DNA of 43,412 bases, taken from contig CAWFFU010000002.1 in assembly GCA_963815215.1 (NCBI GenBank), forward strand, positions 1 through 43,412, written 5' to 3'. The stretch is from an uncultured Trueperaceae bacterium. Lineage in GTDB: Bacteria; Deinococcota; Deinococci; Deinococcales; Trueperaceae. Under the pieces are notes generated by a model. It saw only the letters and a program-made list of their open reading frames with translations, was not told the DNA's origin and ran no database searches. A program made the translations under genes and the position numbers. The number at the start of each line of letters is the position of its first letter. Position 1 is the stretch's first letter. This document shows positions 1 through 9,091 of this stretch, piece after piece.

Positions 1-36
1 GCGGCTGCGGCCGCCCGAACCGCTACCATGGAGGCC

Positions 37-806
37 GTGACCATCGACCTGAACAGCGACCTCGGCGAGTCGTTCGGACGCTGGCAACTCGGCGACGACG
101 CCGCCCTGCTGCGGCTGGTGAGCTCCGCCAACGTGGCGTGCGGCTTCCATGCCGGCTATCCGCAGGGTCTGCGCCGCACCTTGCATGCCGCCCGCGAGGC
201 CGGCACCGCCGTCGGCGCCCACCCCGGCTACTGGGATCTGCGCGGCTTCGGGCGCGTCCCCATGGAGCTCCCGACCGACGTGGTGCGCGACGACGTGCTC
301 TACCAGATCGGCGCCCTGGCGGCGCTGGCACGGGCCGAGGCCCTGCAGCTGGCGCACGTCAAGCCGCACGGCGCCTGGAGAACGCCATGGCGAAGAGTTC
401 CGAGCTGGCGCTGGCGGTGGCCGAGGCCGTCGCCGCCTTCGACCCGCGGCTGCCCATCATGGTGCTGGCCGGCTTCGCCGCCGAGCGGGCCCTGGTCGGT
501 GCCGGCGTGCCGGTGCTGCGTGAAGGGTTCCTGGACCGCGCCTACCTCGCCGACGGCACGCTGGCGCCGCGCGGCACCCCCGGGGCGGTGCGCACCGATC
601 CCGAACGGGTGGTCGAGCAGGCGCTGACGCTCGCCACCCAAGGGCGCGTCCGCGCCGTCGACGGCAGCGAGCTCCGGCTGAGCGTCGACACCCTTTGCCT
701 TCACGGCGACACCGCGGCGGCCGTCGCCCTCGCGCGCCGCGTCCGCGCCGCGCTCGAGGACGCGGGCGTGAGCGTCGCCCGACCGGACACGCAAGCGGGC
801 GCGTGA
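37..806 (+). pseudogene. pxpA: 5-oxoprolinase subunit A (LamB/YcsF family), split by a 1-nt frameshift at ~374 (possibly a sequencing error)
   Basis: N-half in ORF 28..627 ([33 protein letters not shown]) and C-half in ORF 138..806 ([16 protein letters not shown]). One extra C in GGCGCC|TGGAG restores KPHGALENA. GTG37 lies 7 nt after TACCAT. Confidence 0.9.
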
Positions 807-2386
807 GGATCCGCAGCGCCGGGCCGGCCGCCTGGTACGTCGACGTCGCCGACGCCCCCTCCCCCGAGACGGCGCTACGCCTGGGCGCGCTGCAGCGCGC
901 GCTGTTGGCGAGCGCACCCGCGACGGTGCGCGACGTGGTCCCGGGCTACACCAGCCTGCTGGTGGAGTTCCGCCCCGGCACCTCGCCGGCACGGCTACAG
1001 CGCTGGCTGGAGACGGTCGACGACCGGCTCGAGCACGACGCGCCGGCGGCGACCCGCCGCCGCGTCGAGGTGCGCTACGGCGCGGACGCCGACAGCGCCG
1101 ACCTCACGGAGCGGCTGGGGCTCCCCTGGGAGCGCATCGTGGCGCTCCATGCAGGAGCGCTCTACACCGTCGCCTTCCTGGGCTTCACCCCCGGCTTCCC
1201 CTACCTGCTGGGGCTGCCCCGGGCGCTGGTCACGCCGCGCCGGGAGACCCCCAGGATGCGCGTGCCCGCCGGCTCGGTGGCGATCGCCGGCGACCATGCC
1301 GGCATCTACCCCAGCGCCAGCCCCGGTGGCTGGTGGATCGTGGGACGTACCGATGAGCCGCTGTTCGACCCGCACCCCTGGCCCCCCCGCGCCTGGGCGC
1401 CCGGGGACGAGGTGCGCTTCGTCGCCGCCGAGCCCGAGCCCGACACGCCTGCCGACGGAAGGCCGCCCACCCAGGATCCGGCGCGTGGGACCGAGCGCAC
1501 CTCGCTGGGCGACGCCGCTTCACCGGCCGTCCTCGAGGTGATCGAGGCCTGGGCGCCCTCGGCGACCCTCCAAGCAGGACCGCGCTGGCGCGTCGGGCAC
1601 CTGGGCATGGCGCAGGCGGGCGCCCTCGACCCGCTGGCGTTGGAGCTCGCCAACGCCGCGGCGGGCAACGCCGCCGACGCCCCCGCGTTGGAGCTGCTGG
1701 CCCATCCGCTGACGCTGCGCGCCCTGGAGCCCGTCACCGCGGCCATGATCTGCGGCGGTCACCGGGCGCGGCTGAACGGGCGTCCGCAGGCGACGGGCGA
1801 GCCCTTCGCGTGGCCGGCGGGCGCCGTGCTCGAGCTCGTGCCCGGAGGCCGTGCCCACGGTCGCGCCAGCTACCTGGCGCTGGCCGGCGGCCTCGCCGCC
1901 GAGCGCTACGGCGACTCGGCCAGCACCGACCTGCGCGCCGGCGTCGGCGGCGGCCGGCGCGCGCTACGGCCGGGGGACCTGCTCGGCGCGGGCTCGGCGC
2001 GCGGCGGCCCCGCCGCGGGCCCGAGCGCGTACCGTCCGCGCTACCCCGAGCGGCTGCTGCTGAGCGTCCACCGAGGGCCGCAGTACGACCCGGAGACGTT
2101 CGCGCGCCTGACCTCCTCCCGCTTCCGGGTGGCCGGCTTCGACCGCACCGGCGTCCGCCTGGAAGGGCCGCCTCTGCCCCAGAGCGCACCCGACGTGCGC
2201 AGCGAGGGCTCCCCCTGGGGTGCGCTGCAGCTCCCGGCCGACGGCCACCCCATCGTGCTGCTGGCCGACCGCGGCCGCACCGGCGGCTACGCCAAGCCCG
2301 CGGTGGTCGACGTGCGCGAGCTGTGGCGGCTGGCGCAGGCCCCGCTCGGCACGGTGGTGGAGTTCGCCGCCGCCGATGCCGCCTGA
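803..2386 (+). CDS. pxpBC: Fused 5-oxoprolinase subunits B/C (allophanate hydrolase subunit 1/2-like)
   Basis: Motifs DVVPGYTSLLV, FLGFTPGFPYL, GIYPSASPGGW, GALD, PIVLLADRGRTGGYAK. GTG803 overlaps the pxpA stop (GTGA). Confidence 0.88.
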   Translation: MRIRSAGPAAWYVDVADAPSPETALRLGALQRALLASAPATVRDVVPGYTSLLVEFRPGTSPARLQRWLETVDDRLEHDAPAATRRRVEVRYGADADSADLTERLGLPWERIVALHAGALYTVAFLGFTPGFPYLLGLPRALVTPRRETPRMRVPAGSVAIAGDHAGIYPSASPGGWWIVGRTDEPLFDPHPWPPRAWAPGDEVRFVAAEPEPDTPADGRPPTQDPARGTERTSLGDAASPAVLEVIEAWAPSATLQAGPRWRVGHLGMAQAGALDPLALELANAAAGNAADAPALELLAHPLTLRALEPVTAAMICGGHRARLNGRPQATGEPFAWPAGAVLELVPGGRAHGRASYLALAGGLAAERYGDSASTDLRAGVGGGRRALRPGDLLGAGSARGGPAAGPSAYRPRYPERLLLSVHRGPQYDPETFARLTSSRFRVAGFDRTGVRLEGPPLPQSAPDVRSEGSPWGALQLPADGHPIVLLADRGRTGGYAKPAVVDVRELWRLAQAPLGTVVEFAAADAA

Positions 2387-2436
2387 CCCGAACGGCAGGC
2401 ACGCGCTCCTCGGCCCGCAGCCACTACACTGGACAC

Positions 2437-2841
2437 ATGAAGTCCGTTGCGCTGATCGCGCACGACAAGAAGAAGCTCGATCTGGCGATCTTCGCCCGCG
2501 AGCACGCCGACATCCTGCGACGCTTCCCCCTCATCGCCACCAGCACCACCGGCACGGTGCTGGAGAGCAAGACGGGACTGAGCGTCGAGCGTCTGCGCTC
2601 CGGCCCGGAGGGCGGCGACCTGCAGGTCGGCGCCCGCATCGCCGAGGACCGGGTGAAGGCCGTCGTCTTCTTCCGTGACCCGCTCACCGCCCAGCCCCAC
2701 GAACCCGATGTTTCCGCGCTGCTGCGTATCTGCGACGTTCACAACGTCCCGCTGGCGACCAACCTCGGCACGGCCGAGGCCATCATCGCCTGGCTCGAGG
2801 AGCAGCTGGCGCTCGCCGAGGACGCCTCGAGCGCAGGTTAG
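2437..2841 (+). CDS. mgsA: Methylglyoxal synthase
   Basis: ALIAHDKKK, SGPEGGDLQVG, FFRDPLTAQPHEPDVSALLRICDVHNVPLATN. TACACT lies 6 nt before ATG2437. Confidence 0.96.
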   Translation: MKSVALIAHDKKKLDLAIFAREHADILRRFPLIATSTTGTVLESKTGLSVERLRSGPEGGDLQVGARIAEDRVKAVVFFRDPLTAQPHEPDVSALLRICDVHNVPLATNLGTAEAIIAWLEEQLALAEDASSAG

Positions 2842-2864
2842 CGCGAGGCACGAGAGGACGCCCC

Positions 2865-3116
2865 ATGAGCAAGGAGACGATCCGCGCGTTCCTGGACGAG
2901 ATGCGCAAGAACTACCGGGAGGAGATCGACGCCGTCGCGCTCCCCGAGGGGATCCACGAGTACGTCGAGGAGCGCATCGCGCAGGACGACTTCGACACCC
3001 TCCTGTTCATGCTCAAGCTCGGCTACCTGATGGGGTTGCAGACCGGCTTCGCGGCCGGTCGGGAGGGCGGCGACCGGCCTGCCGCCAGCGACATCCCGGG
3101 CCCTCTGCAGGCCTAG
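2865..3116 (+). CDS. Small conserved protein resembling Deinococcus DdrH
   Basis: 83 aa with a GAGGA RBS. The pattern LPEG..E..........LFMLKL...G.Q.GFAAG resembles DdrH-family proteins as I recall them; not searched. Confidence 0.6.
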   Translation: MSKETIRAFLDEMRKNYREEIDAVALPEGIHEYVEERIAQDDFDTLLFMLKLGYLMGLQTGFAAGREGGDRPAASDIPGPLQA

Positions 3117-3129
3117 CTCCGCGGCCGCC

Positions 3130-5304
3130 TCAGCCCGCCAGGCGACGCCGCTCGGACAGCTCCAGCAGCCGCTGCTGGGCGTCCAACCGGTGCTGGCCGG
3201 GCGCGCGCCGCGCCGACCGGTAGACACCGTCGGAACCGAGCTCGCGCGCCTTGATGTTGTCGCGCAGCAGCAGCTCGAGCACCTGGTGGACCTTGCGCTG
3301 GAGGCGCTCGTCCTCCACCGGGAACACCACCTCGATGCGGCGATCGAGGTTGCGCTGCATCCAATCGGCACTCCCCAGGTAGAGGTCGTCGGCGCCGCCG
3401 TGACGGAAGAAGTAGATGCGGGAGTGCTCCAGGAAACGCCCCACCACGCTCCGCACGCGGATGTTCTCGCTGACGCCCGGCACCCCGGGTCGCAGGCAGC
3501 ACGTCCCCCGCACGATCAGATCGATCTCCACGCCGGCCTGCGAGGCGCGGTACAGCGCCCGGATGACCTCGGGGTCCACCAACGCGTTCATCTTGGCGAT
3601 GATGCGGCCCTTCTCGCCCTGCACCGCCAGCGCACGCTCGCGTTCGATGGCCTCCAGGACCCGCTCGCGCAACCCCTCGGGAGCCACCCACAGCTTCCTC
3701 CAGGTGCGCTGCTTGCTGTAGCCGGTGAGGTAGTTGAACAGGTCGCTGACGTCGGCTCCGAGCGCCTCGTCGCGGCTCATGAGCGCCAGGTCGGTGTAGA
3801 CGTCGGCGGTGGAGGGGTTGTAGTTGCCGGTGCCGAGGTGGACGTAGCGCCGCGTCAACTCCCGTCCGCCCTCGCCCTGCTCGCGCCGCACGACGAGCAG
3901 CGCCTTGCAGTGGGTCTTGAGCCCGACGAAGCCATAGACGACGTGCACGCCCGCGCGCTCCAGCTCGCGCGCCCACTCGATGTTGTTCTCCTCGTCGAAG
4001 CGCGCCTTGAGCTCCACCAGGGCGGTGACCAGCTTGCCGTTCCCCGCCGCGCGGGCCAGCGCCGCCACCACCGGTGACGCCAGCCCCACGCGGTAGAGCG
4101 TCATCTTGATCGCCAGCACGCGCGGGTCGTCGGCGGCCTCGTCGACCAGCATCTGCACCGCATCGAAGGCGTGGAAGGGGTGGTGGACGAGCACGTCGCC
4201 TGCCGCCACGGTGTCCAGCGCCCCGTCATGATCGCGATACTCGGTGGGCAAGCGGGCGGCGAAGGGCGGGTCGCACAGGTCCGGCAGGTCGAGCCGCGTC
4301 AGCTCCAGGAAGTCGCTGGCGTTGAGGTGGTTGGGGATGGTGTAGACGTCCTCGGGCTCGAGCTCGAGCGTCCGGCGCAGGCGCTCGCGCCAGGCCGCGG
4401 GCATGGTCCCGTCCACCTCCAGGCGGGCCGCGTCGCCCCAGCGGCGGCGGCGCACCTCGTCCTCGATGGCGTGCAGCAGATCGTCGGCCTCGTCCTCGGC
4501 GATCTCGATATCGGCGTTGCGGGTGATGCGGAAGCCGTGCGCGCGCCGCACCACGTGCCCGGGGAACAGCTCCCCGATACGCGCCAGGATGATGTCCTCC
4601 AGCATCACGAAGTCGTGCCCGACGCCCGGCAGGCGCAGGAAGCGAGGCAACACGCTCGGCACCTGCACCACGGCGCCGCGCACCGCCCCCGTGACCTCGT
4701 CGGCCACGTCCAGCAGCAGCGAGAAGCTGAGGTTGGGCAGCCTCGGGAAGGGGTGGCTGCTGTCGACCGCCAGCGGCGTGAGGACCGGGTAGAGCTCCTC
4801 GTCGAAGAAGGCGTGCACGGCGTCCCGCCCGGCGTCGTCGAGCTCGGCCACGGTGCGGATGCGCACGCCGCGCTCGGCCAGCGCCGGCAGCACGCTGTCG
4901 CGAAGGGTACGCCGGTGGCGATCCACCAGGCTGTGCAGCCGCTCCGCGATGGCGCGTACCTGCTCGGCGGGCGTCATCCCGTCGGGCGTGCGGCGCGTCA
5001 CGCCCGCCGCGAGCTGCTCCTTGAGACCGGCGTAGCGGATCATGATGAACTCGTCGAGGTTGGACCCGAAGATGGCCAGGAACTTCAGGCGCTCCAGCAG
5101 CGCCGCATCCTGGTTCTCGGCCTCTTCCAGGACCCGCTCGTTGAACGCCAGCCAGGACAGCTCGCGGTTGAAGTAGAGCGCGGGGTCGTACAGGTCGATC
5201 GCCGGGGCCGCGGCGACGGGGAGCGGGAGGCCGGCGGCGGGCACCGCCGCCTCGACCGCCGGCCCGGCGGTCGGCGCCGGTGATCGGGGGAGCGGCTCAG
5301 CCAC
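3130..5304 (-). CDS. ppk1: Polyphosphate kinase 1
   Basis: YFNRELSWLAFNERVL, SNLDEF, HPFP, HHPF, ELKARFDEENN, KTHCK, HLGTGNYN, GRFLEHSRI, GSADWMQRNLDRRIE. Confidence 0.97.
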   Translation of the reverse strand: MAEPLPRSPAPTAGPAVEAAVPAAGLPLPVAAAPAIDLYDPALYFNRELSWLAFNERVLEEAENQDAALLERLKFLAIFGSNLDEFIMIRYAGLKEQLAAGVTRRTPDGMTPAEQVRAIAERLHSLVDRHRRTLRDSVLPALAERGVRIRTVAELDDAGRDAVHAFFDEELYPVLTPLAVDSSHPFPRLPNLSFSLLLDVADEVTGAVRGAVVQVPSVLPRFLRLPGVGHDFVMLEDIILARIGELFPGHVVRRAHGFRITRNADIEIAEDEADDLLHAIEDEVRRRRWGDAARLEVDGTMPAAWRERLRRTLELEPEDVYTIPNHLNASDFLELTRLDLPDLCDPPFAARLPTEYRDHDGALDTVAAGDVLVHHPFHAFDAVQMLVDEAADDPRVLAIKMTLYRVGLASPVVAALARAAGNGKLVTALVELKARFDEENNIEWARELERAGVHVVYGFVGLKTHCKALLVVRREQGEGGRELTRRYVHLGTGNYNPSTADVYTDLALMSRDEALGADVSDLFNYLTGYSKQRTWRKLWVAPEGLRERVLEAIERERALAVQGEKGRIIAKMNALVDPEVIRALYRASQAGVEIDLIVRGTCCLRPGVPGVSENIRVRSVVGRFLEHSRIYFFRHGGADDLYLGSADWMQRNLDRRIEVVFPVEDERLQRKVHQVLELLLRDNIKARELGSDGVYRSARRAPGQHRLDAQQRLLELSERRRLAG

Positions 5305-5734
5305 TCGCGACGGCGGTTTCCTGCTCGTGCTCGAGCACGACCTCGTAGTCGATGGACGCGTTCAAGCTCGCCGACACCGAGCAGTACTTGGTCATGCCCA
5401 ACCCCACGAAGCGCTTCGCCAGGCGCTCGTCGAGCCCAGGCACGTCGAAGACGTGGCGGGCGTGGATGCGGGTGTAGGGGCTCGGGGTCTCGTCCGCGCG
5501 CTCGCCGGTGAGCTCGACGCGATACGAGCGCACCTCCAGCTTGCGCTTGGCGAGCATCTCGACGATGTCGTAGGCGGCGCACGACCCCAGCGCGTTGAGG
5601 AGCAGCTGCATGGGCCGCATGCCGGTCTGTGCCGCGTTCTCGCCATCGATCATCACGCGCTGCTGGTCGGGGGTGACACCCACGAAGCGCTTGCCGACGA
5701 GATGATGGACGGTCGTGGTCTGAGTCTTGGCCAT
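5297..5734 (-). CDS. OsmC/YhfA-family protein
   Basis: GMRPMQLLLNALGSC and KYCSVSASL, the two conserved Cys. Overlaps the ppk1 start by 8 nt. Confidence 0.9.
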   Translation of the reverse strand: MAKTQTTTVHHLVGKRFVGVTPDQQRVMIDGENAAQTGMRPMQLLLNALGSCAAYDIVEMLAKRKLEVRSYRVELTGERADETPSPYTRIHARHVFDVPGLDERLAKRFVGLGMTKYCSVSASLNASIDYEVVLEHEQETAVASG

Positions 5735-5831
5735 GCTGTCAGTATGCTGAATCCGGCGCTCGCCGGGGCGTCGTCAGGCGCACACGGCGAGCCGGCGCGC
5801 CCTCGCCCGGGCGGCGGTAGACTCGCGTGTC

Positions 5832-6458
5832 GTGCCCGACCCCGCCCCCCTCCCGGCCCCTCCGGCGCCGGACGCGCCGAAGACGTCCTGGCGCGCCTGG
5901 GCGCGGGCGACCCGGCGGCTGCTGGCGACCCGGGAGCGCAACCGCGCGGTGGTCGAGGCGCTCGCCGCCTGGCCGGTCTACCGGAGCGCCGGCACCGTCC
6001 TGCTGTATCTGGCGTTCGGCAGCGAGGTGGATCTGGGATCGCTCGCGAGCGATCCCGCCCGACGCGTGCTGGTCCCCCGGACCCGCCAGACGCCGGCCCC
6101 CGAGCTCAGCGTCCACCGCCTGCGCGAGGCCGACCTCGAGCCGACCTCGTTCGGTCCGCGACAGCCTCGCGCCGGGACGGCGCCCGTCGACCCGGCAACG
6201 ATCGAGCTGGCGCTGGTGCCGGGGCTGTGCTTCGATGAGGCGGGCACCCGCCTGGGCTACGGCCGCGGCTACTTCGACCGCTTCCTGGACCGCCTGCCGG
6301 TGGGCGTGCCGCGCGTCGGCGTCGGCTACGACGAGCTGGTGGTGGCGCGCTTGCCGCGCGAGGCGCACGACCGGGCCATGACGCACCTGGTCACCGAGTC
6401 GGGCGTCCGTCCGGTCACAGCGCGGCCACCCGCGCCGCCAGCTCCGCCATCGAGGTGA
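5832..6458 (+). CDS. 5-formyltetrahydrofolate cyclo-ligase
   Basis: YLAFGSEVDL and LVPGLCFDEAGTRLGYGRGYFDRFL...HD. Confidence 0.93.
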   Translation: MPDPAPLPAPPAPDAPKTSWRAWARATRRLLATRERNRAVVEALAAWPVYRSAGTVLLYLAFGSEVDLGSLASDPARRVLVPRTRQTPAPELSVHRLREADLEPTSFGPRQPRAGTAPVDPATIELALVPGLCFDEAGTRLGYGRGYFDRFLDRLPVGVPRVGVGYDELVVARLPREAHDRAMTHLVTESGVRPVTARPPAPPAPPSR

Positions 6459-7053
6459 AGGGCACCGCACCCTCCGCCGCCAGCGCCTCGGCACCGACGC
6501 TGCCGGCGTAGCCGAGCACCGGCATGCCGGCGGCCACCGCCGCACGCACGCCGGCGGGGGAATCCTCGATGACCAGGCAGCGTTCGGCGGACACGCCCAG
6601 GCTGGCGGCGGCGTGCAGGAACAGGTCGGGCGCGGGCTTGCCGCGCGCGACCTCGGTGGCGCTGAAGACGCGCTCGAAGCTCCCCCACAGCCCCGCCGCC
6701 CCCAACACCTCGCGCAGGTAGCCGGGACCGCTGCTGGAGGCCACGCAGCGCCGCCACGGCAGCGTCTCGAGCGCATCGCGCACGCCCGCGACCACCCGCG
6801 GCTCGGCCACGAAGGCGTCGATCACGCGCCGATAGAGGCGCTCGCTGAAGGCGGGCGAGAGCGGGCGCCCGAGTTCCTCCTCGACCTCACGCACCGTCTC
6901 AGGGACGGGCCTGCCGATGAAGCGCTCCACGCACGTCGGCGGGTCGATCGGATAGCCTTCGGCCGTCAGCATGTCGGCGAGCGCACGGTTCGCGATAGGC
7001 TCAGTGTCGACGAGAACGCCGTCGCAGTCGTAGATGATGAGATCGGGAGTCAT
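6415..7053 (-). CDS. HAD-superfamily hydrolase (subfamily IA)
   Basis: DCDGVLVDTE, VASSS, GKPAPDLF, VIEDSPAG. Start trimmed to ATG7053, downstream of TAGCAT. Confidence 0.9.
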   Translation of the reverse strand: MTPDLIIYDCDGVLVDTEPIANRALADMLTAEGYPIDPPTCVERFIGRPVPETVREVEEELGRPLSPAFSERLYRRVIDAFVAEPRVVAGVRDALETLPWRRCVASSSGPGYLREVLGAAGLWGSFERVFSATEVARGKPAPDLFLHAAASLGVSAERCLVIEDSPAGVRAAVAAGMPVLGYAGSVGAEALAAEGAVPFTSMAELAARVAAL

Positions 7054-7136
7054 TCCGATGGCCATGCTAGCAGGGCCGTCGCACGCACGACCACCGCGGT
7101 CTGACGTCCGCGCGGGAGCGCACCCCGCTGCGGACC

Positions 7137-7985
7137 TCAGCCCTTGACGCCGGTGAGCACCACGCCCTCGATGATCTGCCGTTGGAAGATGAAGAACACC
7201 AGCAGCACCGGCACGATCGCCAGCGCCGAGGCGGCCATGATCAGGTTCCACTGGGTGCTGGCCTCGCCCGAGAACAGCGCCATCCCTACCGGCACCGTGC
7301 GCATGGAGGGGGACTTGGCGATGATCAGCGGCCACAGGAAGGCGTTCCAGTTGCCCACGAAGTTGAAGATGCCGAGCGCGGCCAGGCCGGGCCGCACCAG
7401 GGGCAGGCCGACGCGCCAGAACAGCCCGAACTCGCTGACGCCGTCGACGCGGCCGGCGTCGAACAGATCGCGTGGCAGCGTCTGGAAGAACTGCCGCATC
7501 AGGAACACTCCGAACGCCGGGATGAGGCCGGGGAAGGCCAGGCCCCAGTAGGTGTTGACCCAGTGGTACTGGGTCGACATCACGTACCAGGGGATGACCA
7601 GCATCTCGGTGGGGACCATCAACGTCGACAGGATGATCACGAACAGCACGCTGCGCCCGGGGAAGCGCAGCCTCGTCAGGGTGTAGCCCACCAGCGAGCA
7701 GAAGAACAGCACGCTCACCGTCGAGATGCCCGCCACCACCAGGCTGTTGAGGAACCAGCGCGGGAAGGCGGTGTGGAAGAGCACCTGCTGGAAGTTGGCG
7801 AGCGTCCAGGTGTGCGGGAACACGGTGAGCTGGAAGATCTCGCGCAGCGGTTTGAACGCCGACAGCAGCATCCACACGAACGGGAAGAACATCGCCACGC
7901 TGCCCACCGAGAGCAGCACGTAGGCGATGACGGTGCCGACGCTGGTGCGGGGGCGCGACTCGCCGAAGGTCTCCATCTCCATCAT
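7137..7985 (-). CDS. Carbohydrate (CUT1) ABC transporter permease, MalG-type
   Basis: Six TM-like segments, EAA loop FFQTLPRDLFDAGRVDG, WNAFLWP. Confidence 0.93.
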   Translation of the reverse strand: MMEMETFGESRPRTSVGTVIAYVLLSVGSVAMFFPFVWMLLSAFKPLREIFQLTVFPHTWTLANFQQVLFHTAFPRWFLNSLVVAGISTVSVLFFCSLVGYTLTRLRFPGRSVLFVIILSTLMVPTEMLVIPWYVMSTQYHWVNTYWGLAFPGLIPAFGVFLMRQFFQTLPRDLFDAGRVDGVSEFGLFWRVGLPLVRPGLAALGIFNFVGNWNAFLWPLIIAKSPSMRTVPVGMALFSGEASTQWNLIMAASALAIVPVLLVFFIFQRQIIEGVVLTGVKG

Positions 7986-7986
7986 C

Positions 7987-8967
7987 TCAGTACTCCACTC
8001 GGCGCTGCAGCAGCCGCAGCTGCACCAGCGTCACGATCAGGATGAGCACGAACAGCAACACCGTCACCGCCGAGGCGTAGCCGATCTGGAAGCGCGAGAA
8101 GGCGACCTGGTACATGTACACCGCGATGCTCAAGGTGGCGCCGAGTGGGCCGCCCTGGTCCGTGAAGTTGATGTTCACCACCTGATCGAAGAGCTGTAGC
8201 GTGGCGATGGTCGAGATGATGACGCTGAACACCATCACCGGGTTCAACAGCGGCAGCGTGATGTGGCGGAAGCGCTGCACCGCGCCGGCGCCGTCGATGG
8301 CGGCGGCGTCGTAGAAGATTCGCGGGATGCCCTGCAATCCCGCGAGGAAGATGACGACCTGGAAGCCGAGCTGCTGCCACACCACCACCGCCGCCACCGC
8401 CGGCAGCGCCTGGCGCGGGTCGTTGAGGAACAGCTGGGTAGGGATGGACAGCCACGGCAGACCCAGCTTGCTCACGAAGTCGCTCCAGGCCACCAGAGCG
8501 CTGTTGAAGATACCGAAGTTGACCGAATACATCCATCCCCACACCCACGCAACGGCAGCGGCGGGCGTGACGTAGGGCGAGAAATAGATGGCTCGGAAGA
8601 GCGGTCGGAGCCGCCGCACCGCGTTGAGAAGCACCGCGATGGTGAGACCCAGCACCAGTTGCGCCGGCACCACGATGGCGGCATACAGCAGCGTGTTCCT
8701 CAGCGCCTGGTGGAGCCTGGGGTCCGTGAGCATCTCCCGGTAATAGGTGAGGCCAAGATAGGTGCGCTGCGCCGGGTCCACGTGCCACTTGTGCAAGGAC
8801 AGGTTGAACGACTGGATCGCCGGATAGATGCGCAGGAAGCCGTAGAACGCCAGCGGTATCAGCAGGAAGGCGTACGCCCACAGCGCCTCGCGCGTGGTCA
8901 GGCTGAGGCGCCGCCGCCGACGCCGGGGCATCTCGGGTGGCTCCACGTCGGTTGCGGTCGGTCGCAT
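7987..8967 (-). CDS. Carbohydrate (CUT1) ABC transporter permease, MalF-type
   Basis: LAGLQGIPRIFYDAAAIDGAG...FRHITLPLL and GGP motifs. Confidence 0.93.
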   Translation of the reverse strand: MRPTATDVEPPEMPRRRRRRLSLTTREALWAYAFLLIPLAFYGFLRIYPAIQSFNLSLHKWHVDPAQRTYLGLTYYREMLTDPRLHQALRNTLLYAAIVVPAQLVLGLTIAVLLNAVRRLRPLFRAIYFSPYVTPAAAVAWVWGWMYSVNFGIFNSALVAWSDFVSKLGLPWLSIPTQLFLNDPRQALPAVAAVVVWQQLGFQVVIFLAGLQGIPRIFYDAAAIDGAGAVQRFRHITLPLLNPVMVFSVIISTIATLQLFDQVVNINFTDQGGPLGATLSIAVYMYQVAFSRFQIGYASAVTVLLFVLILIVTLVQLRLLQRRVEY

Positions 8968-9046
8968 GGCGTCTCCGGGGGTGCAGCTGGGGGTGGGGGA
9001 TCGTGGCGGGGGATCGGGGGATCGGGAGGGACCGGTCGGACGGCGC

Positions 9047-9078
9047 GCGGGCGGGACGTCGTGACACGTCCCGCCCGC
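9047..9078 (-). other. Intercistronic stem-loop after the solute-binding protein gene (probable mRNA-stabilising hairpin)
   Basis: Perfect 13-bp inverted repeat GCGGGCGGGACGT-N6-ACGTCCCGCCCGC with no U-tract, directly downstream of the SBP stop. Confidence 0.6.
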
Positions 9079-9091
9079 TCACCCGAGCCGT

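Noticed and set aside
5735..5831. 6S RNA upstream of the 5-formyl-THF cyclo-ligase (ssrS-ygfA synteny)
   Set aside because: The gap is only 97 nt and holds two divergent -10 boxes, too short for 6S RNA.
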